From the NCBI GenBank assembly GCA_964016885.1, contig OZ024759.1, positions 17,112,001-17,176,000 of the forward strand: DNA of 64,000 nt, in the 5' to 3' direction. Origin of the DNA: Eledone cirrhosa. Lineage: Eukaryota. How positions within the stretch are numbered: the stretch's first letter is position 1; every line of letters starts with the position of its first letter. Shown in pieces: positions 14,210 to 28,183 of the stretch. The translations under genes were made by a program, and so were the position numbers. Below the pieces are notes generated by a model. The model searched no databases and had not been told where the DNA came from. It worked only from the letters and a program-made list of their open reading frames with translations.

Positions 14210-14245
14210 TCTTTATGTTTCGGATACTAATCCTTCATCAGAAGA
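14210..14245 (-). ncRNA. Degenerate minimal hammerhead motif (family of 10080 and 23962)
   Basis: TCTT-CTGATGA-AGGAT-TAGT-ATCC-GAAA-CA-T-A-AAGA. Stem II co-varies with the 23962 copy (GGAT/ATCC vs GGAC/GTCC). The stem III palindrome is broken. Confidence 0.55.
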
Positions 14246-14539
14246 TAGAATAAGAAATAGAAGATGAAATAGAAAGATGGAAATTGAAAAGAAGAGTGTA
14301 TTCAGCCAGCCATTTTGGAGAAAAGATAACACACACATACATACACACACATACATATATAATTTTTCTTTTCTTTTATTGCCAATTTGCCAATATATAT
14401 AGAAGTGTAATGTTAAAAATAATGAAAAGATTCTAGTTGAGAATTAAGTTCAGTCACGTACATTAAACTGATCGATTGCAAAACTCACGTCATGTGTGAA
14501 TAAAAATATTGATGTTATATTGATACTTCGTCCCGTCTC

Positions 14540-16490
14540 ATTATTATTATTGTTCTTTGAGTCTCAGTCATTGATGTTATTTAACTGGAAAGTTTGTTGA
14601 AATGAATATCAAGCCACTACCTGCAGCCTCAGATATTCAGGACGTATCGGAGGGTTCTTGCTGTTCCCAGCAAGCATGCCTTTTGAAGTGTTCCAAAAAG
14701 CGGGGCGGGAGCAATTTTCTTTAACCATCCGTGGAAACTCTTTGAGATAGTACCTAGTGCACCTATGACAATCGGGACCACTTTGACTTCATGGCAGTTC
14801 CAAATCCTTTTTACCTCTCACTTTAATTTTCTCCCTCTTCTTCTCTTGCACTCTCGTGTCGAATGGGCAGGCTACAGCCACAATCAGGCACGATCTTTTT
14901 TCCTTGTTAAAAACTACCAGGTCAGGTCTATTGTGTTCCAGTTTCTTGTTCGTCTGTATCCTAAAATCCCACAGCACCTTCCCCTGATCGTTTTCTATCA
15001 CCGACTCTGGCTTATGCTCATACCACTTCTCAGAATGTGGTAAATTGTTTACTTTGCATAGGTGCCAGTGGATCACCCTGCCATCACATCATGTCTCCAG
15101 CCTTTATAATGAGTCTGGGCTAGGTGTTTACACCCGGATACAATGTGAGCCACAGTCTCCTCTCTCTTTCCACAGATCCTACACAGTGGGATAGCCTCCT
15201 CCTTGTAAATGTGGTGTTTCAGCCACTTCGTTTTGAGGGCCTGCTCTTGCGCAGCCATTAGCATTCCTTCTGTAGCTTTTTTAAGGTCTCCTCTTTTCAA
15301 CCAGTTCCATGTCTGTGGATTTTTAAATTCAGTTTTCTCAAAGAAGGTACTATGAAGGGATTTTTCATGAAGGTTGCTCTTTCTCCTTGGACATCCCCTG
15401 GTCTATTGTCCTCTCCTTCAGTACAATTCTGAGCATTGGCTCCCTACTATCAGTCACGTATTTGTGTAGGTTGTATTTCTCCATCTGAACACAGTCCTCT
15501 ATGCTGATAAGACCTCTTCCACCTTCAGATCTCCTTGTATTTGTATCCTTCTTCAGTATCAATTTCTTTTATCATCTCACCCGTTGGTACCTGGATTCCG
15601 TTGCTTCTGCTCAATTTACCCCTCTTCATCACAAGGACTCCACACTTACTAATACCAAATTGCATACATATATCATTGCTGAAAATACGGACAGTGTCAA
15701 CAAGCACATCCAACTCCTTCTCACTCTTCCCAAAGAGCTTAAGATCGTCCATGAAGAGGAGGTGATTGATGGTAAGCTCTCCCTTTCCCAACTTGTATCC
15801 TGCTCTCACTTTTCGCAGTATAATGGTCAGGGGGATCAGGGCAAGGACAAACAACAGAGGGGACAAACTATCTCCCTGGAAGATACCTCTCTTGATCTTC
15901 ACGCCTCCCAAGGATTCTCCGCCCGATGTTAACTCTGTTTTCCAGGACTTCATACTTTTGCTCAACAACTGTCTGATGTTATCTGCCACCTTGAAGATCT
16001 CTAGGCTTTAGGTTATCCAAGAATGAGGTACCATGTCGAATGCCTTTTTGTAGTCTATCCATCCCATGGCAAGACCAGTGTGTCTCCTTCTGCAATTCCT
16101 CATTACCATCTTATCAATAAGTAACTGGTCCTTTGTACCACGGGACTTCTTTCGGCATCCTTTCTGTTCGTCCGGTAACAAGTTGTTTATGTGGAGGTGA
16201 TGGTAGATTTCCTCAGACACAATGCTTGGTAACAGTTTCCACATTACGGACAGACATGTGATAGGTCTATAGTTGGTAACATCATTACCCTTGGTTCGGT
16301 CTTTCATTACCAGAACTGTGGTACCTTTTGTCAACCACTCTGGTACCTCACCTGACATCAAGCAGTTATTGAACATGGTTGTCAGTTTCGGGTGGAGGGC
16401 TGTTATATTTTTAATCCAATACCCCTGCACACCATCTGGGCCTGGTGATTTACAGTTGGTTAGTTTTCTGGCCTGCCCCTTAAGAGTTAT
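14540..16490 (-). mobile_element. R4/Dong-like non-LTR retrotransposon (RT, CCHC, RLE), 5'-truncated, internally deleted
   Basis: GYWIK, NYRPITCL, EQKGCRKKSRGTKDQLLID, WIDYKKAFDMVPHSWI, RGIFQGDSLSPLLF, HLLFMDDLKLF, CRICGKREETVAHIVSGC, RHD, NRPDLVVF...ACPFD. Short (TAA)n at both ends. Confidence 0.92.
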
Positions 16491-16619
16491 TATTATTCAT
16501 CGTACCGTCCTGTGCCGTCTGTAATGTTTTTCTTGATGTCAGCCCTTGTGGCCAATAAAGAAATCATTATTATTTTTATTATTATTATATTATTATTATT
16601 ATTAATTTAATTTTATTTT

Positions 16620-17145
16620 TTTATTGGAGTCTCAGTTATTGATGTTATTTTACTGGAAAGTTTGTTCAAATGAACATCAAGCCGCTACCTGCATCCTCAG
16701 ATATTCAGGACGTATCGGAGGGTTCTTGCTGTTCCCAGCAAGCATGCCTTTTGAAGTGTTCCAAAAAAAGGGAGTTGGATTAATATTCTTTAACCACCCT
16801 TGAAAACTCTTCGAGATAGTACCTAGTGCTCCTATGACAATCAGGACGACCTTGATCTCACGACAGTCCCAAATCTTTATAAATTCCCACTTTAAAACCT
16901 GGTATCGGTTAATTTTCTCCTTCTCCTTTTCTTGCATTCTCGTGTCAAAGGGGCAGGCTACAATCAGGCACGATCTTTTTTCCTTGTTAAAAACCACCAG
17001 GTCAGGCCGATTGTGTTTTAATTTCTTGTCTGTCTGGACCCTGAAATGTCATAGCATCTTCACTCGATCGTTTTCTATCATTGACTCTAGCTTATGCTCA
17101 TACCACTTCTCAGAATGTGGTAAATTATTTAGTTTGCATAATGAA
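16620..17145 (-). mobile_element. Second R4/Dong-like 3' fragment (RLE domain and 3'UTR)
   Basis: NRPDLVVFNKEKRSCLIVACPFD...EKINRY..LK...IVIGALG. 3'UTR homologous to 14560-14700. Followed by (AAT)n. Confidence 0.88.
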
Positions 17146-17161
17146 TCGAAGTTGTAGCCCT

Positions 17162-17192
<31 letters not shown>

Positions 17193-17193
17193 G

Positions 17194-17276
<83 letters not shown>

Positions 17277-17439
17277 CTATCTAATTTTTAAAACATTTTT
17301 TAAAATTTTCTTATTTTACGTCTTTTATATTATTGTTCTGTATCCTCCTGCATTGAACCACCTAGGTACTATGACATAACCTGTGTATTTGCTAGCATTA
17401 GCGTACATCTGTACGCATATGTTAGTAGATATACTAAAT

Positions 17440-17490
<51 letters not shown>

Positions 17491-17491
<1 letters not shown>

Positions 17492-17650
17492 ACGAAGGAA
17501 ATGTGGTAAGGAACCAGGTGGACCATAACGTACCAAAGTACTCAATACTTAGGGTAGTAGAGTGGGTAATAGGAACCAGTAAGACCCCGACGGCTGAGCT
17601 CAAGCCGTTTCGACGGCTAATTGAGCTCAGCCGTCGGGGTCTTACTGGTT

Positions 17651-17652
<2 letters not shown>
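17491..17652. mobile_element. GACGGC-family fold-back element in (TA)n (partly deleted hairpin)
   Basis: Homologous to 38588-38779. Both arms share the private variant GGAACCAGTAAGACCCC. Confidence 0.85.
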
Positions 17653-17738
<86 letters not shown>

Positions 17739-17936
17739 CGTATACACCAGATTCAACTGAGAAGTTCATCGGCCGAATAAAGAGTGATGCTAGAGCTGTG
17801 AAATCAAATCTTGCATGCATTAATTTCTTCTCTTATTATTAACTGCATTGTTGTTTTTTTTACAAGGACTATGTTGAAAAATAAACATCATTTTGTCATT
17901 CCATGACAGCATCTTGGTTAGTCTATGGACCTTGCA

Positions 17937-18004
<68 letters not shown>

Positions 18005-18461
18005 AGAATGAGAGAAAAGGAGAGTGGGAGAGAGAGAGAGAGAGAGAGAGAGAAAGGGAGAGTGGGAGAGAGAGAGAGAGAAAGAGAGAGAGAGAATGAG
18101 AGAAAGGGAGAGTGGGAGAGAGAGAGAGAGAGAGAGAGAGAAAGGGAGAGTGGGAGAGAGAGAGAAAGAGAGAGAGAGAGAAACAGAGAGAGAGAGTGAA
18201 AAAGAGAGGGGGAATGAATGAGAAAGAGAGAGTGCGAGATAGAGATATAGATAGATAGATAGATATCTTTCTTTATTAGCCACAGGGGCACAAAAGAAGG
18301 GGACAAATACAAAGGGGGAAGTTTACATACAATAAAAACGTGTAAACTATTAGATAGATAGATAGAGATAGAGAGAGAGACAGAGTGAGAGAGAGAGAGA
18401 GTGAGTGAGTGAGTGAGTGAGTGAGTGAGTGAGAGAGAGAGAGAGAGAGAGAGATATTTAC

Positions 18462-18657
18462 CGTGTATTGTTCAGGAAACCCGTTCGAACAAGGACATTA
18501 TGTAGTCTAGTATCATTAAAGTCAAGTAAAGTGGCTTTGTTACTTTCACATATACGAATGGCTGCACTAGCAGAAAAGTTTTTATTGTAGCTTATCAACG
18601 AAACTTCATTTTGTCCGGTCTCACAACATCGAATCAACATCAGACATACTGCAATTG
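18462..18657 (-). CDS. Coding exon 2: end of signal peptide plus N-terminal half of C-type-lectin-like domain
   Basis: Acceptor ttcttattattcacag|, donor CG|gtaaat, 196 nt, phase 1-2. IAVCLMLIRCCETGQNEVSLISYNKNFSASAAIRICESNKATLLDFNDTRLHNVLVRTGFLNNT shows the A-x3-C-x4-A-x-L CTL pattern. Confidence 0.78.
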
Positions 18658-18711
18658 CTGTGAATAATAAGAATAACAATAATAAACACTGTGTTAATTA
18701 GGATTGGGGTC

Positions 18712-19212
18712 TTAATTATAAAATATTTGTTTCTACTTTAGGCACAAGGCCAGCAATTACCCAGTGCATTACTGGTACTTTATTTTATCGACCCCGTAAG
18801 GATGAAAGGCAAAGTCAACCTCGGCGGGATTTGAAACCAGATCGTAAAGGGACGTAACTATGCTGGAAAGCATGGCGTCCGACCCTCTACTGATACTGCC
18901 AATACACCGCCCTTTTTTCACACATTAATAATATCAAAATCTCATACATTCGATGTTAGTTGAGATAAAGCCTTTACCACGAAAATATGATAGTATATAT
19001 AGAGTAATAATTGTTTCTACTTTTGGCACAAGGCCAGCAATTACCCAGTGCATTACTGGTACTTTATTTTATCGACCCCGTAAGGATGAAAGGCAAAGTC
19101 AACCTCGGCGGGATTTGAACTCAGATCGTAAAGGGACGTAACTATGCTGGAAAGCATGGCGTCCGACCCTCTACCGATACTGCCAATCCACCGCCGTTAA
19201 TTATAAAATATT
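18712..19212 (-). mobile_element. SINE-spacer-SINE composite flanked by one 16-bp TSD
   Basis: TTAATTATAAAATATT at 18712-18727 and 19197-19212. SINEs at ~18727-18912 and ~19008-19195. Confidence 0.8.
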
Positions 19213-19222
19213 GTACATGTGT

Positions 19223-19885
19223 ATGGTGGATTAACAGTATTGGTAGAGGGTCGGACGTCATGCTTCGCAACACAGTTACGTTCCTTTACGAACTGAGTAC
19301 AAATCCCGCCGAGGTTAACTTTGCCTTTCATCCTTACGGGGGGGGGGGGGTCGATAAAATAAAGCACCAGTAATACACTGGGGTCTATTTAATCGACTTC
19401 CCCGCCCCCAAAATTACTGGCCTTGTGCCTATACTAGAAATCATTATTGCCAGTATCGGTAGAGTATCGGACACGATGCTTTGTAGCATAGAGTTACGGC
19501 CCTTTACAGTCTGATTTCAAATCCCGCTGAGGTTAATGTTGCCATTCATCCTTACGGGGTCGATAAAATAAAGTACCAGTAATTTACTGGGTAATTGCTG
19601 GCCTTGTGCCAAAAATAGAAACAATTATTATTATTATTATTATTATTAGCCTTTTACGTTCTGAGTTCAAATCCCACCTTTCATCCTTACGGGGTCGATA
19701 AAATAAAGCACCAGTAATGCACTGGGATCGATTTAATCGACTTTCCCCTCTGCCTAAATCAGGAACCATTATTATTATTATTAGCTCATTAGGGAGGTGG
19801 ATTGGCAGAATCGGTAGAGCGCCGGACAAAATGCTTTGCAGCACTTAGTTATGTCCCTTTAAGTTCTGAGTTCAAATCCCACCGA
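19223..19885 (+). mobile_element. Cluster of full and partial tRNA-derived SINEs
   Basis: Repeated B-box and CATCCTTACGGGGTCGATAAAA cores with (ATT)n tails. Confidence 0.8.
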
Positions 19886-20991
19886 ATCCGGAATCGAATT
19901 CACTTCTCCAACTATAAAGCCACGCACCTTCAAGAAATAATATTTTTAAATACTTCAAAAAGGAATGCTTTCAATTAAATAAAATATGCTAGACACCTGC
20001 TACTGCTACCATGTAACCCAGTACAACCTGTTTCATGGTCGTGTGGTCGGCGACTAAACCGGCTGCTTCACTAGACCCTGGTCTGGTTAGGAGGGTAAGT
20101 GGAACTCAAGCAGCACAAAAAACAAGAGCTGTTAAAAGGGCGGATGAACTCCTCAGAATCAATGACTATCCACTTCAACTCTTAGTTAAATAGCCTCACC
20201 ACCCATAATTGGCCAAGCATGGTGAGTACGGCTACACTTCTAATATGACCAAAACCAAACAGAAAGCGATGGAGAGGGGTTCCTTCAACAGGAGTATATA
20301 TATAGAGAGAGAGACAGACACACAGATATATGTGACGCTCTCACCTGTTTGAAGAACTGAAGTCCTCCCAAAACGATCATAAGAGACCCAAGTTTTGGGG
20401 AGAAGGTACTGGGTGTTATTGAAATGGCTACACTTCTAATATGACCAAAACTAAACAGAAAGCGATGGAGGTCAACCAGAGAGGGGTTCCTTCAACAGGA
20501 GTAAAAAGACACAGAATTGGATTGGATTGACTAGATTTCAGAAAGTAACAAGAGCGAGAGAAAAATACATTTGATGTCACGGCAGGACCCTTTTTTACTA
20601 TTGTGTTCGTATCTGTCTAATGCAGCTGTCACAAAGTAATGGAACATAGCTCTAAAATTTAAAGGGGCCTTTATTTGTAAATACTTCGATTAAACTAAAC
20701 ATGCTAGATTTCACAAAGTACCGAGAGCGGGAGAGTACCCACGTCGGATGTCACAGCGGCGACCCCATGACTCCACTAGAAGTTCAGGAGGCATGGCATG
20801 ATATGGAACATACCCCTAAAACATTAAGAATATCCTTATTTGTAGATACATCGATTAAACGAAACATGTTATATTTCCCAAAGTACCGATAGCAAGAGAA
20901 AACGCAGGTCGGCTCCACCAGAAGTTAAAGTTGAATGACGCCACTTGAAACAATCTATGTCAATGAAGTAGAAAAAATAACTGAATAAATA

Positions 20992-21196
20992 CCGTACATA
21001 CTCGAATATAAGCCGAGCGAGCAATATGTCACCCCAAATATTGATCGTTAAATGGTGAGTGAGGAGAAGGATCGGCTTATATTCGCCATCTAAATATAAG
21101 GTGTTGATCAGCTGCCTTGACTTATAAAAAGTGTTTGAATTTCTCAGACAAAAAATAAAGAGGGTGAGGGGTCGACTTATCTTCAAGTAAATACGG
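20992..21196. mobile_element. Tc1/mariner/pogo-type MITE
   Basis: TA-CCGTACATACTCGAATATAAG ... CTTATCTTCAAGTAAATACGG-TA. Confidence 0.7.
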
Positions 21197-21243
21197 TAAA
21201 TGAATAAATAAATTTGAAGTTTTAGTGAAACATGGCAACTTAC

Positions 21244-21295
21244 CAGAAAGAAAGTAGAAACTAGATGTACGGTGTTTTTCTAATGTAACTGCCAT
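21244..21295 (-). CDS. Coding exon 1 (start codon, signal-peptide N-region)
   Basis: acgATGG context. MAVTLEKHRTSSFYFLS then a consensus donor G|gtaagt, phase 1, joining exon 2 to give ...FYFLSAIAVCLMLIRCCETG. An upstream acceptor ttcattgcag| at ~21314 implies a 5'UTR exon. Confidence 0.72.
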
Positions 21296-21371
21296 CGTTA
21301 TTTTGTAATAAAACTGCAATGAAAATAATTTACCTGTAATGAAAGAAACACACAGAAGATGCAAGCAATAA

Positions 21372-21374
21372 ATT

Positions 21375-21406
<32 letters not shown>

Positions 21407-21668
21407 CATAACACTAGTAGTAGTGACGGTGGTGGTGGTGGTGGTGGTGGGGGGGGGTTGTGTGGTGGTGGTGGTGGTGGGGTTGAGGTGATGGGGGTGG
21501 TATGGCGTTGTGGTGATGGTGGTATGGCGATGTAGGGATGATAGTGGTGGTGGCGGTGGCGGCAATAGTAGTAGTAGTAGTAGTAGTAGTAGTAGCAGCA
21601 GCAGCAGCAGCAACAGTAGCAGCAGCAACAGTAGTAATGGTAGTGGTGGTGGTGGTGGTAGTGGTGAT
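21372..21668. repeat. Compound trinucleotide repeats (TAG/TGG/CAG)
   Basis: Directly visible. Confidence 0.9.
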
Positions 21669-21936
21669 GAGAATGGAATTAAATTTAACTAATATAAGAA
21701 TAACATGCCAGAATTATTAAGAAAGTTCATTTTATAATCATGTAGACTGACATTAAATGAAGTAATGTGTCGATATATATGGCAATGACACGCAAAACAA
21801 CTTCAGAAAACTGTTTTTATTATTGGATTTAAATCTATTTACAGTATGGCGGATCGTAAAAGTCTCCTCCACTAACAGATTAAAGAGTAAATAAATAATC
21901 AGATATAATAATGCAGGTCCAATCAAAACTACAAAC

Positions 21937-23150
<1,214 letters not shown>

Positions 23151-23528
23151 ACCCACCATATATACGCTCGTACGAATAAGTACTTTGCTGTACTATCGAC
23201 AAATTTCTGACATTAGGTAATTACTTGTCTTGTTCAATAATATGTTGTGGCATATTTTTTTTTTATTGAAGATCGATATTACAATGATATTAGTTGAATA
23301 GGCTAACGACCAAATAGCGTACATCACACATATTTGCGTAACTGTGATGGCTCTTTTAACACGATGCACATTTTGAAATACGACAATAGCACAACAGGAA
23401 CATGGCAGTTGACTGGTTTCATTGAAAACAATAGATGTAATATGTAATGCAAGTTTCGATATCTTAATCTTATCTGTCTATATATATATATATATAGTTA
23501 TGTAATAAACAACATAAGGCAATTATTC

Positions 23529-23582
23529 CATTTACCAGTGGTTTCTTAAAAGCAAAAAAATTTGCTTTCAATCATCAGAATG
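23529..23582 (-). ncRNA. Type I hammerhead ribozyme motif
   Basis: CATT-CTGATGA-TTGAAAGCAAA...TTTGCTTTTAA-GAAA-CCACTGG-T-A-AATG. Confidence 0.78.
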
Positions 23583-23664
23583 AAAAAATCCTGGTCTGTT
23601 TATTGAATTTGGATTTTAAAAATTTGTTTTTAAAATCCAAATTCAATAAACAGACCAGGATTAT

Positions 23665-23718
23665 CATTCTGATGATTGAAAGCAAAATTTTTTGCTTTTA
23701 AGAAACCACTGGTAAATG
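23665..23718 (+). ncRNA. Type I hammerhead ribozyme motif (opposite arm)
   Basis: CATT-CTGATGA-TTGAAAGCAAAA-TT-TTTTGCTTTTAA-GAAA-CCACTGG-T-A-AATG. Confidence 0.78.
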
Positions 23719-23816
23719 GAATAATTGCCTTATGTTGTTTATTACATAACTATTAAGCTCTGTTACCTACATAGAGCACTCTTTTTTCCTGGACTTTTCC
23801 GACGGAATTACTTCAT

Positions 23817-23888
<72 letters not shown>

Positions 23889-23961
23889 GTAAATAACAAA
23901 GTAAACGACACAGTACAATGAAGAAATATATTAGTTTAACTATGATAAGAGCAAAATAGAC

Positions 23962-23997
23962 TCGTAACGTTTCGGACACTAGTCCTTCATCAGAAGA
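23962..23997 (-). ncRNA. Minimal type I hammerhead ribozyme motif
   Basis: TCTT-CTGATGA-A-GGAC-TAGT-GTCC-GAAA-CG-T-T-ACGA (one stem I mismatch). Confidence 0.68.
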
Positions 23998-24157
23998 TAG
24001 AATGAGAAATAAAGGATCAAATAGAGAGGTAAAGATTAAGAAGAGGAAGGAACGGGAAAAAATGAGAAAAAAAACAAGCACACACACACACACACACATA
24101 CGTGCACATTCAGTCAGCCATTTTTGAAATAATCAGGGCCGGCGTTACCGTCAAGGC

Positions 24158-24440
24158 CAGGGGTTCCCAAACTGGGGCCCGCGGTCTCCTAGGGGACTGC
24201 GAAGGCTTAGCCAAATTTTCATGGTATACTGTGATTGAAGTTTTAAATCTTTAGAAAGCATTGAACATGATAGCAGTTTTGGGCATTTTGATACTACTTA
24301 AATTAAATCGCATTTCATAAAAGTTTGTCTTTGAAAAATTTTGGAAATGCTGCCATAATATGATAGGGGACCGCGAGGCATCCAAAAAATGGTAAGGGGA
24401 CCGCCGAGAAAAAAAATTTGGAAAAGTTTAGGAACCACTG
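24158..24440. mobile_element. hAT-type MITE
   Basis: TIRs CAGGGGTTCCCAAACT / AGTTTAGGAACCACTG. Perfect 8-bp TSD GTCAAGGC. Confidence 0.9.
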
Positions 24441-25029
24441 GTCAAGGCCAAACTAGGGAAACCTCAGAAAACGCATGACTGTACCTTACCCCTTTCATTC
24501 CCATACTTATATTTCTAATGCAATACATTGTATTTGAATTAATAAATGAAGAATTTAGAGTGATTTACTAATTATTTCATTTTCAAGATTGCATTTGTAA
24601 CACAGCTTATTAAATGGTTCTTATAGGAAATCATGTTAGAATTTTAAAATTTAAATAGGATCACTTTGAAATGGATTATTTTGTTCCATAGAACCAAAGG
24701 GGATTTTAGGCGGGTTCGTAAATACAGGGTAACCTTTTTGATACCGAAAACTTTGAAACCGCCCCTGGTTCTATGAGACAGAGCTGTTCACTTTAAATTG
24801 TTTATATTTATCTAAAAATCTTCCAACATAATTTTATGTAAGAACCTTTGTTAAGCTATGCTCCAAAAACACTCTAAAACTTTATAATTAGAAACTTAGT
24901 TATATTACTTAATCCCTCCACATTCTTATTTTCAAAATGATTTGAAAATCATTTGCAGTGTCTTTCATCAGAAATATGGTAGTAAAAAGGTTAAATGATT
25001 ATAGTTTTATACAAATTTGCATAATGAAA

Positions 25030-25545
25030 TATTTGTCTCTACTTTTGGAACAAGGCCAGCAATTTGAAGGAGATTAAATCGACCCTAGGGCGTTACTGGT
25101 ACTTTATTTTACCAAGCTCGTAATGACGAAAAGCAAAGCCAACCACGGTGAGATGTGAACCCAGAACGTAAAGATGTGGAACAAATCCGCCTAAATATTT
25201 GACCGACTCTTCAACGGCTCTGCCAATCTACTGACCAGGCCATAATAGTAATAATTGTTTCTACTTTAGGCACAAGGCCAGCAAAATAATGATTTCATAA
25301 TAGTAATAATGATTTCAAGGTCAGTAATTTTTTTTGGGGGGGGGGAGGAGGAGGAGAAAGTCGATTAAATCGACCCCAGTACGTTATTGCTACTTTATTT
25401 TATCGACCCCGTAAAGATAAGAGGCAAAGTTAACCTCAGCGGGATTTGAACTCAGACCGAAAAGGACCGTAACTCTATGCTGAAAAGCATGGTGCCCGAC
25501 TCTCTAGCGATGCTGCCAATCCACCGCCCTCCATAATAGTAATAA
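25030..25545 (-). mobile_element. Two SINE copies (one old, one with TSD CCATAATAGTAATAAT)
   Basis: Homology to the SINE consensus. Direct repeat at ~25240 and ~25531. Confidence 0.75.
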
Positions 25546-25559
25546 TAAAAGATAAGAAA

Positions 25560-25938
25560 CCCTCATTCGAACCACTGGACAACAGAGCTTCTAGTCAGCG
25601 CCTGTCCCTGTGGTGCAACCACCTTAATAACGTGGAACACAGGCTCTTTCTCAGCTCCTCCACAATTGGGTTTAGTGATGTCTGGCTCTTCTGATCCTGC
25701 CTGAATCACCTCCGAACAGCTGTTGATCGCTGTAGAGCCAACCTTCAGAAATGGGGGATATTTCACCGATAATGATTCCAACTGCCAATGCGGGCAATTA
25801 CAAGCTATGGAGCACCTTCTAGTTTGCACTAATCTTAAAGATTTATGCATACATAACGACCTTGAAACCTTAAAACCTCAGGAAGGGCTCTGTATGCAAC
25901 ACTGGATGAGTATGGTGTAGCGACTCGATAAGAAGAGA
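25560..25938 (+). mobile_element. Ingi/Vingi/I-group-like LINE 3' fragment
   Basis: CLNHLRTAVDRCRANLQKWG, then (frameshifted) CQCGQLQAMEHLLVC zinc knuckle. AAG-rich tail. Confidence 0.65.
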
Positions 25939-25945
25939 CAAAATT

Positions 25946-26132
25946 AATTGTTTCTACTTTAGGCACAAGGCCAGCAATTACCCAGTGTATTACTGGTACT
26001 TTATTTTATCGAACCCGTCAGGATGAAAGGCAAAGTTAACCTCGGCGGGATTTGAACTCAGATCGTAAAGGGACGTAACTATGCTGGAAAGCATGGCGTC
26101 CGACCCTCTACCGATACTGCCAATACACCGCC
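25946..26132 (-). mobile_element. Full-length SINE with 20-bp TSD
   Basis: TAAGAAGAGACAAAATTAAT at 25929-25948 and 26133-26152. Confidence 0.9.
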
Positions 26133-26691
26133 TAAGAAGAGACAAAATTAATGATCTGGAACTAATTGATATAAGAAATCAGTGACACCTTTTTCAGCGG
26201 CAACATGGCGCACTTGGCAACAGACCCTGGCCTCGTTGCCCGACAAAGGTAACATCTTAAGCTGTCAGAGTATCGGCCGCTCTCCGATAGATTTATAGAC
26301 GAATCTGTAACGGTGGAGGAGACTTTCGGCGGTTTTGTTTTCTGGACCACCTTCTTACTAATTACTCTCGGGGCAGAGTTGGCAAACCGCAGTTGAACCT
26401 ATATCGGTGGTGTCTTCTAGCTTGCTTGGTCCCTAGTCTATCTTCCTACTCATTACTGTCGGGGCGGAGTTGGCCACCAACAGGGTGAGCATCGCGAATT
26501 GGAATGGAAATGAGTTCTCCATTTTACCAGTTGGCTAACGAGGCGGCTAACGTCTCGGGTTCTGTATACCAGAGACTGCTACACTTCACCTCCCGGGCTT
26601 GTATCATTGGAGTAGCGATATCTGAGTACTCTTTAGTCATATAGCGTTTAGTTAAACCCATCATTGTTAGTGTTGATTAGTATATTTACTA

Positions 26692-26879
26692 GCGGTGATT
26701 TGGCAGTATCGGGAGAAGGTCGGACGCCATGCTTTCCAACATAGTTACGTCCCTTTACGGTCTGAGTTCAAATCCCGTCGAGGTTAACTTTGCCTTTCAC
26801 CATTACGGGGTCGATAAAATAAAGAACCAGTAATGCACCGGGTAATTGCTGGCTTTGTGCCAAAAGTAGAAACAATTAT
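26692..26879 (+). mobile_element. Full-length SINE with 13-bp TSD
   Basis: TATATTTACTAGC at 26681-26693 and 26880-26892. Confidence 0.88.
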
Positions 26880-28014
26880 TATATTTACTAGCAGGGTATA
26901 CCAACATCAACAACAATTATCTCCAGAAATCAATCATTTTTTGAAATATTTTTATATTAAAAATACCCTTTGTTTAGCAGTCAATAATTAGACTTTCATA
27001 ATACATATTACACTTCAATATTTTTTGCCTGAGATATATATCAAGTGGAAATTTTATAGATAATTATTATTGAGAGTTTTTTTTTTCTTTTTAATGTAAA
27101 ATATTAGTTTAATTTCATCACGACAAAATTGTTGTTTGCGTGAGGGTTCATATAAATTTAATGGTATTTATATATATTTATGAAAAATATATATTAAAGG
27201 TATCTATAGATTAATCAACTTTATACTTTCTCCTAAAAAAAATAAAAAAAAATAGAAGCCAGCAAATTTAAAAGTGACTGAAGTGGGCAGAGTGTCGGAT
27301 TAAATGAGATGTGTTACAGTTTTTAGATTTCAACCTCTCGGCTTACTTGTTATTTTATTATTGTATTTAGATGTAGTAGTTGGTAGTGGGTTGGCGAAAT
27401 CAGTAGAGCACTGAGTAAAATGCTTTGTGAAGTTTGTTCTGGCTCTTTACATTCTCAGTTCAAATACGACGGGGTCGTTTAAATAAAATACCAGTGAAAT
27501 ACTGGGGTTGATATTATCAACTGCCCCCACACACAGAAATCGCATGCCTTGTACTCTTTATTTCTTTATTATATTTAAATATAACGAGTCGTTGGAATGT
27601 TGGATAGAATGCTCTGCAGTATTTGTTCCAGCTTTCTACACTTTCTACATCATTATACATTTGTGTTTGTGTCAGTATGTGCCTGCGTTTAAATTTACTG
27701 TTTCGTTTATGTGGTATAACTTAGCAGCTCAACAAATAGAAATTGATAAAATAGATCTGGAACTAATTGATATAAGAAATCAGTGACACCTTCTTCAGCG
27801 GCAACATGGCGCACTTGGCAACAGACCCTGGCCTCGTTGCCCGACAAAATAGACACATGGCTGTATGTATGGACCCGTAAATCCTGATGGGGGTGGTAGT
27901 TGTGACATGGACAATTTAAACCTGGTGGCCGCGCATGCCATTTTCAAGACTGAACGTACTCTTGGTGATTTCTTCCAAATGAAACATTTCTAGTCCTGTA
28001 GAAGTTGCTTCTAC

Positions 28015-28108
<94 letters not shown>

Positions 28109-28149
28109 AATACTATTAGCTTCTCGCTAAAACAATTTCTATACCTTTC

Positions 28150-28181
<32 letters not shown>

Positions 28182-28183
<2 letters not shown>

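Larger units (their letters stand above)
23494..23818. mobile_element. Fold-back element (arms 23494-~23620 / ~23627-23753, plus one-sided tail) in (TA)n
   Basis: Near-perfect inverted repeat. The tail TAAGCTCTGT...CATAGAGCACTC recurs at ~31278-31340. Confidence 0.85.

Noticed and set aside
24480-24995. piggyBac-like TTAA-CCCTTT ends (also ~12588, ~46710-47220)
   Set aside because: Probably old nested MITEs, but I could not pair the termini reliably.
27960-28015. Further hammerhead-family remnants (also ~12728, ~28760, ~59740, ~60550)
   Set aside because: Core incomplete or mutated; counted only as decayed family fragments.
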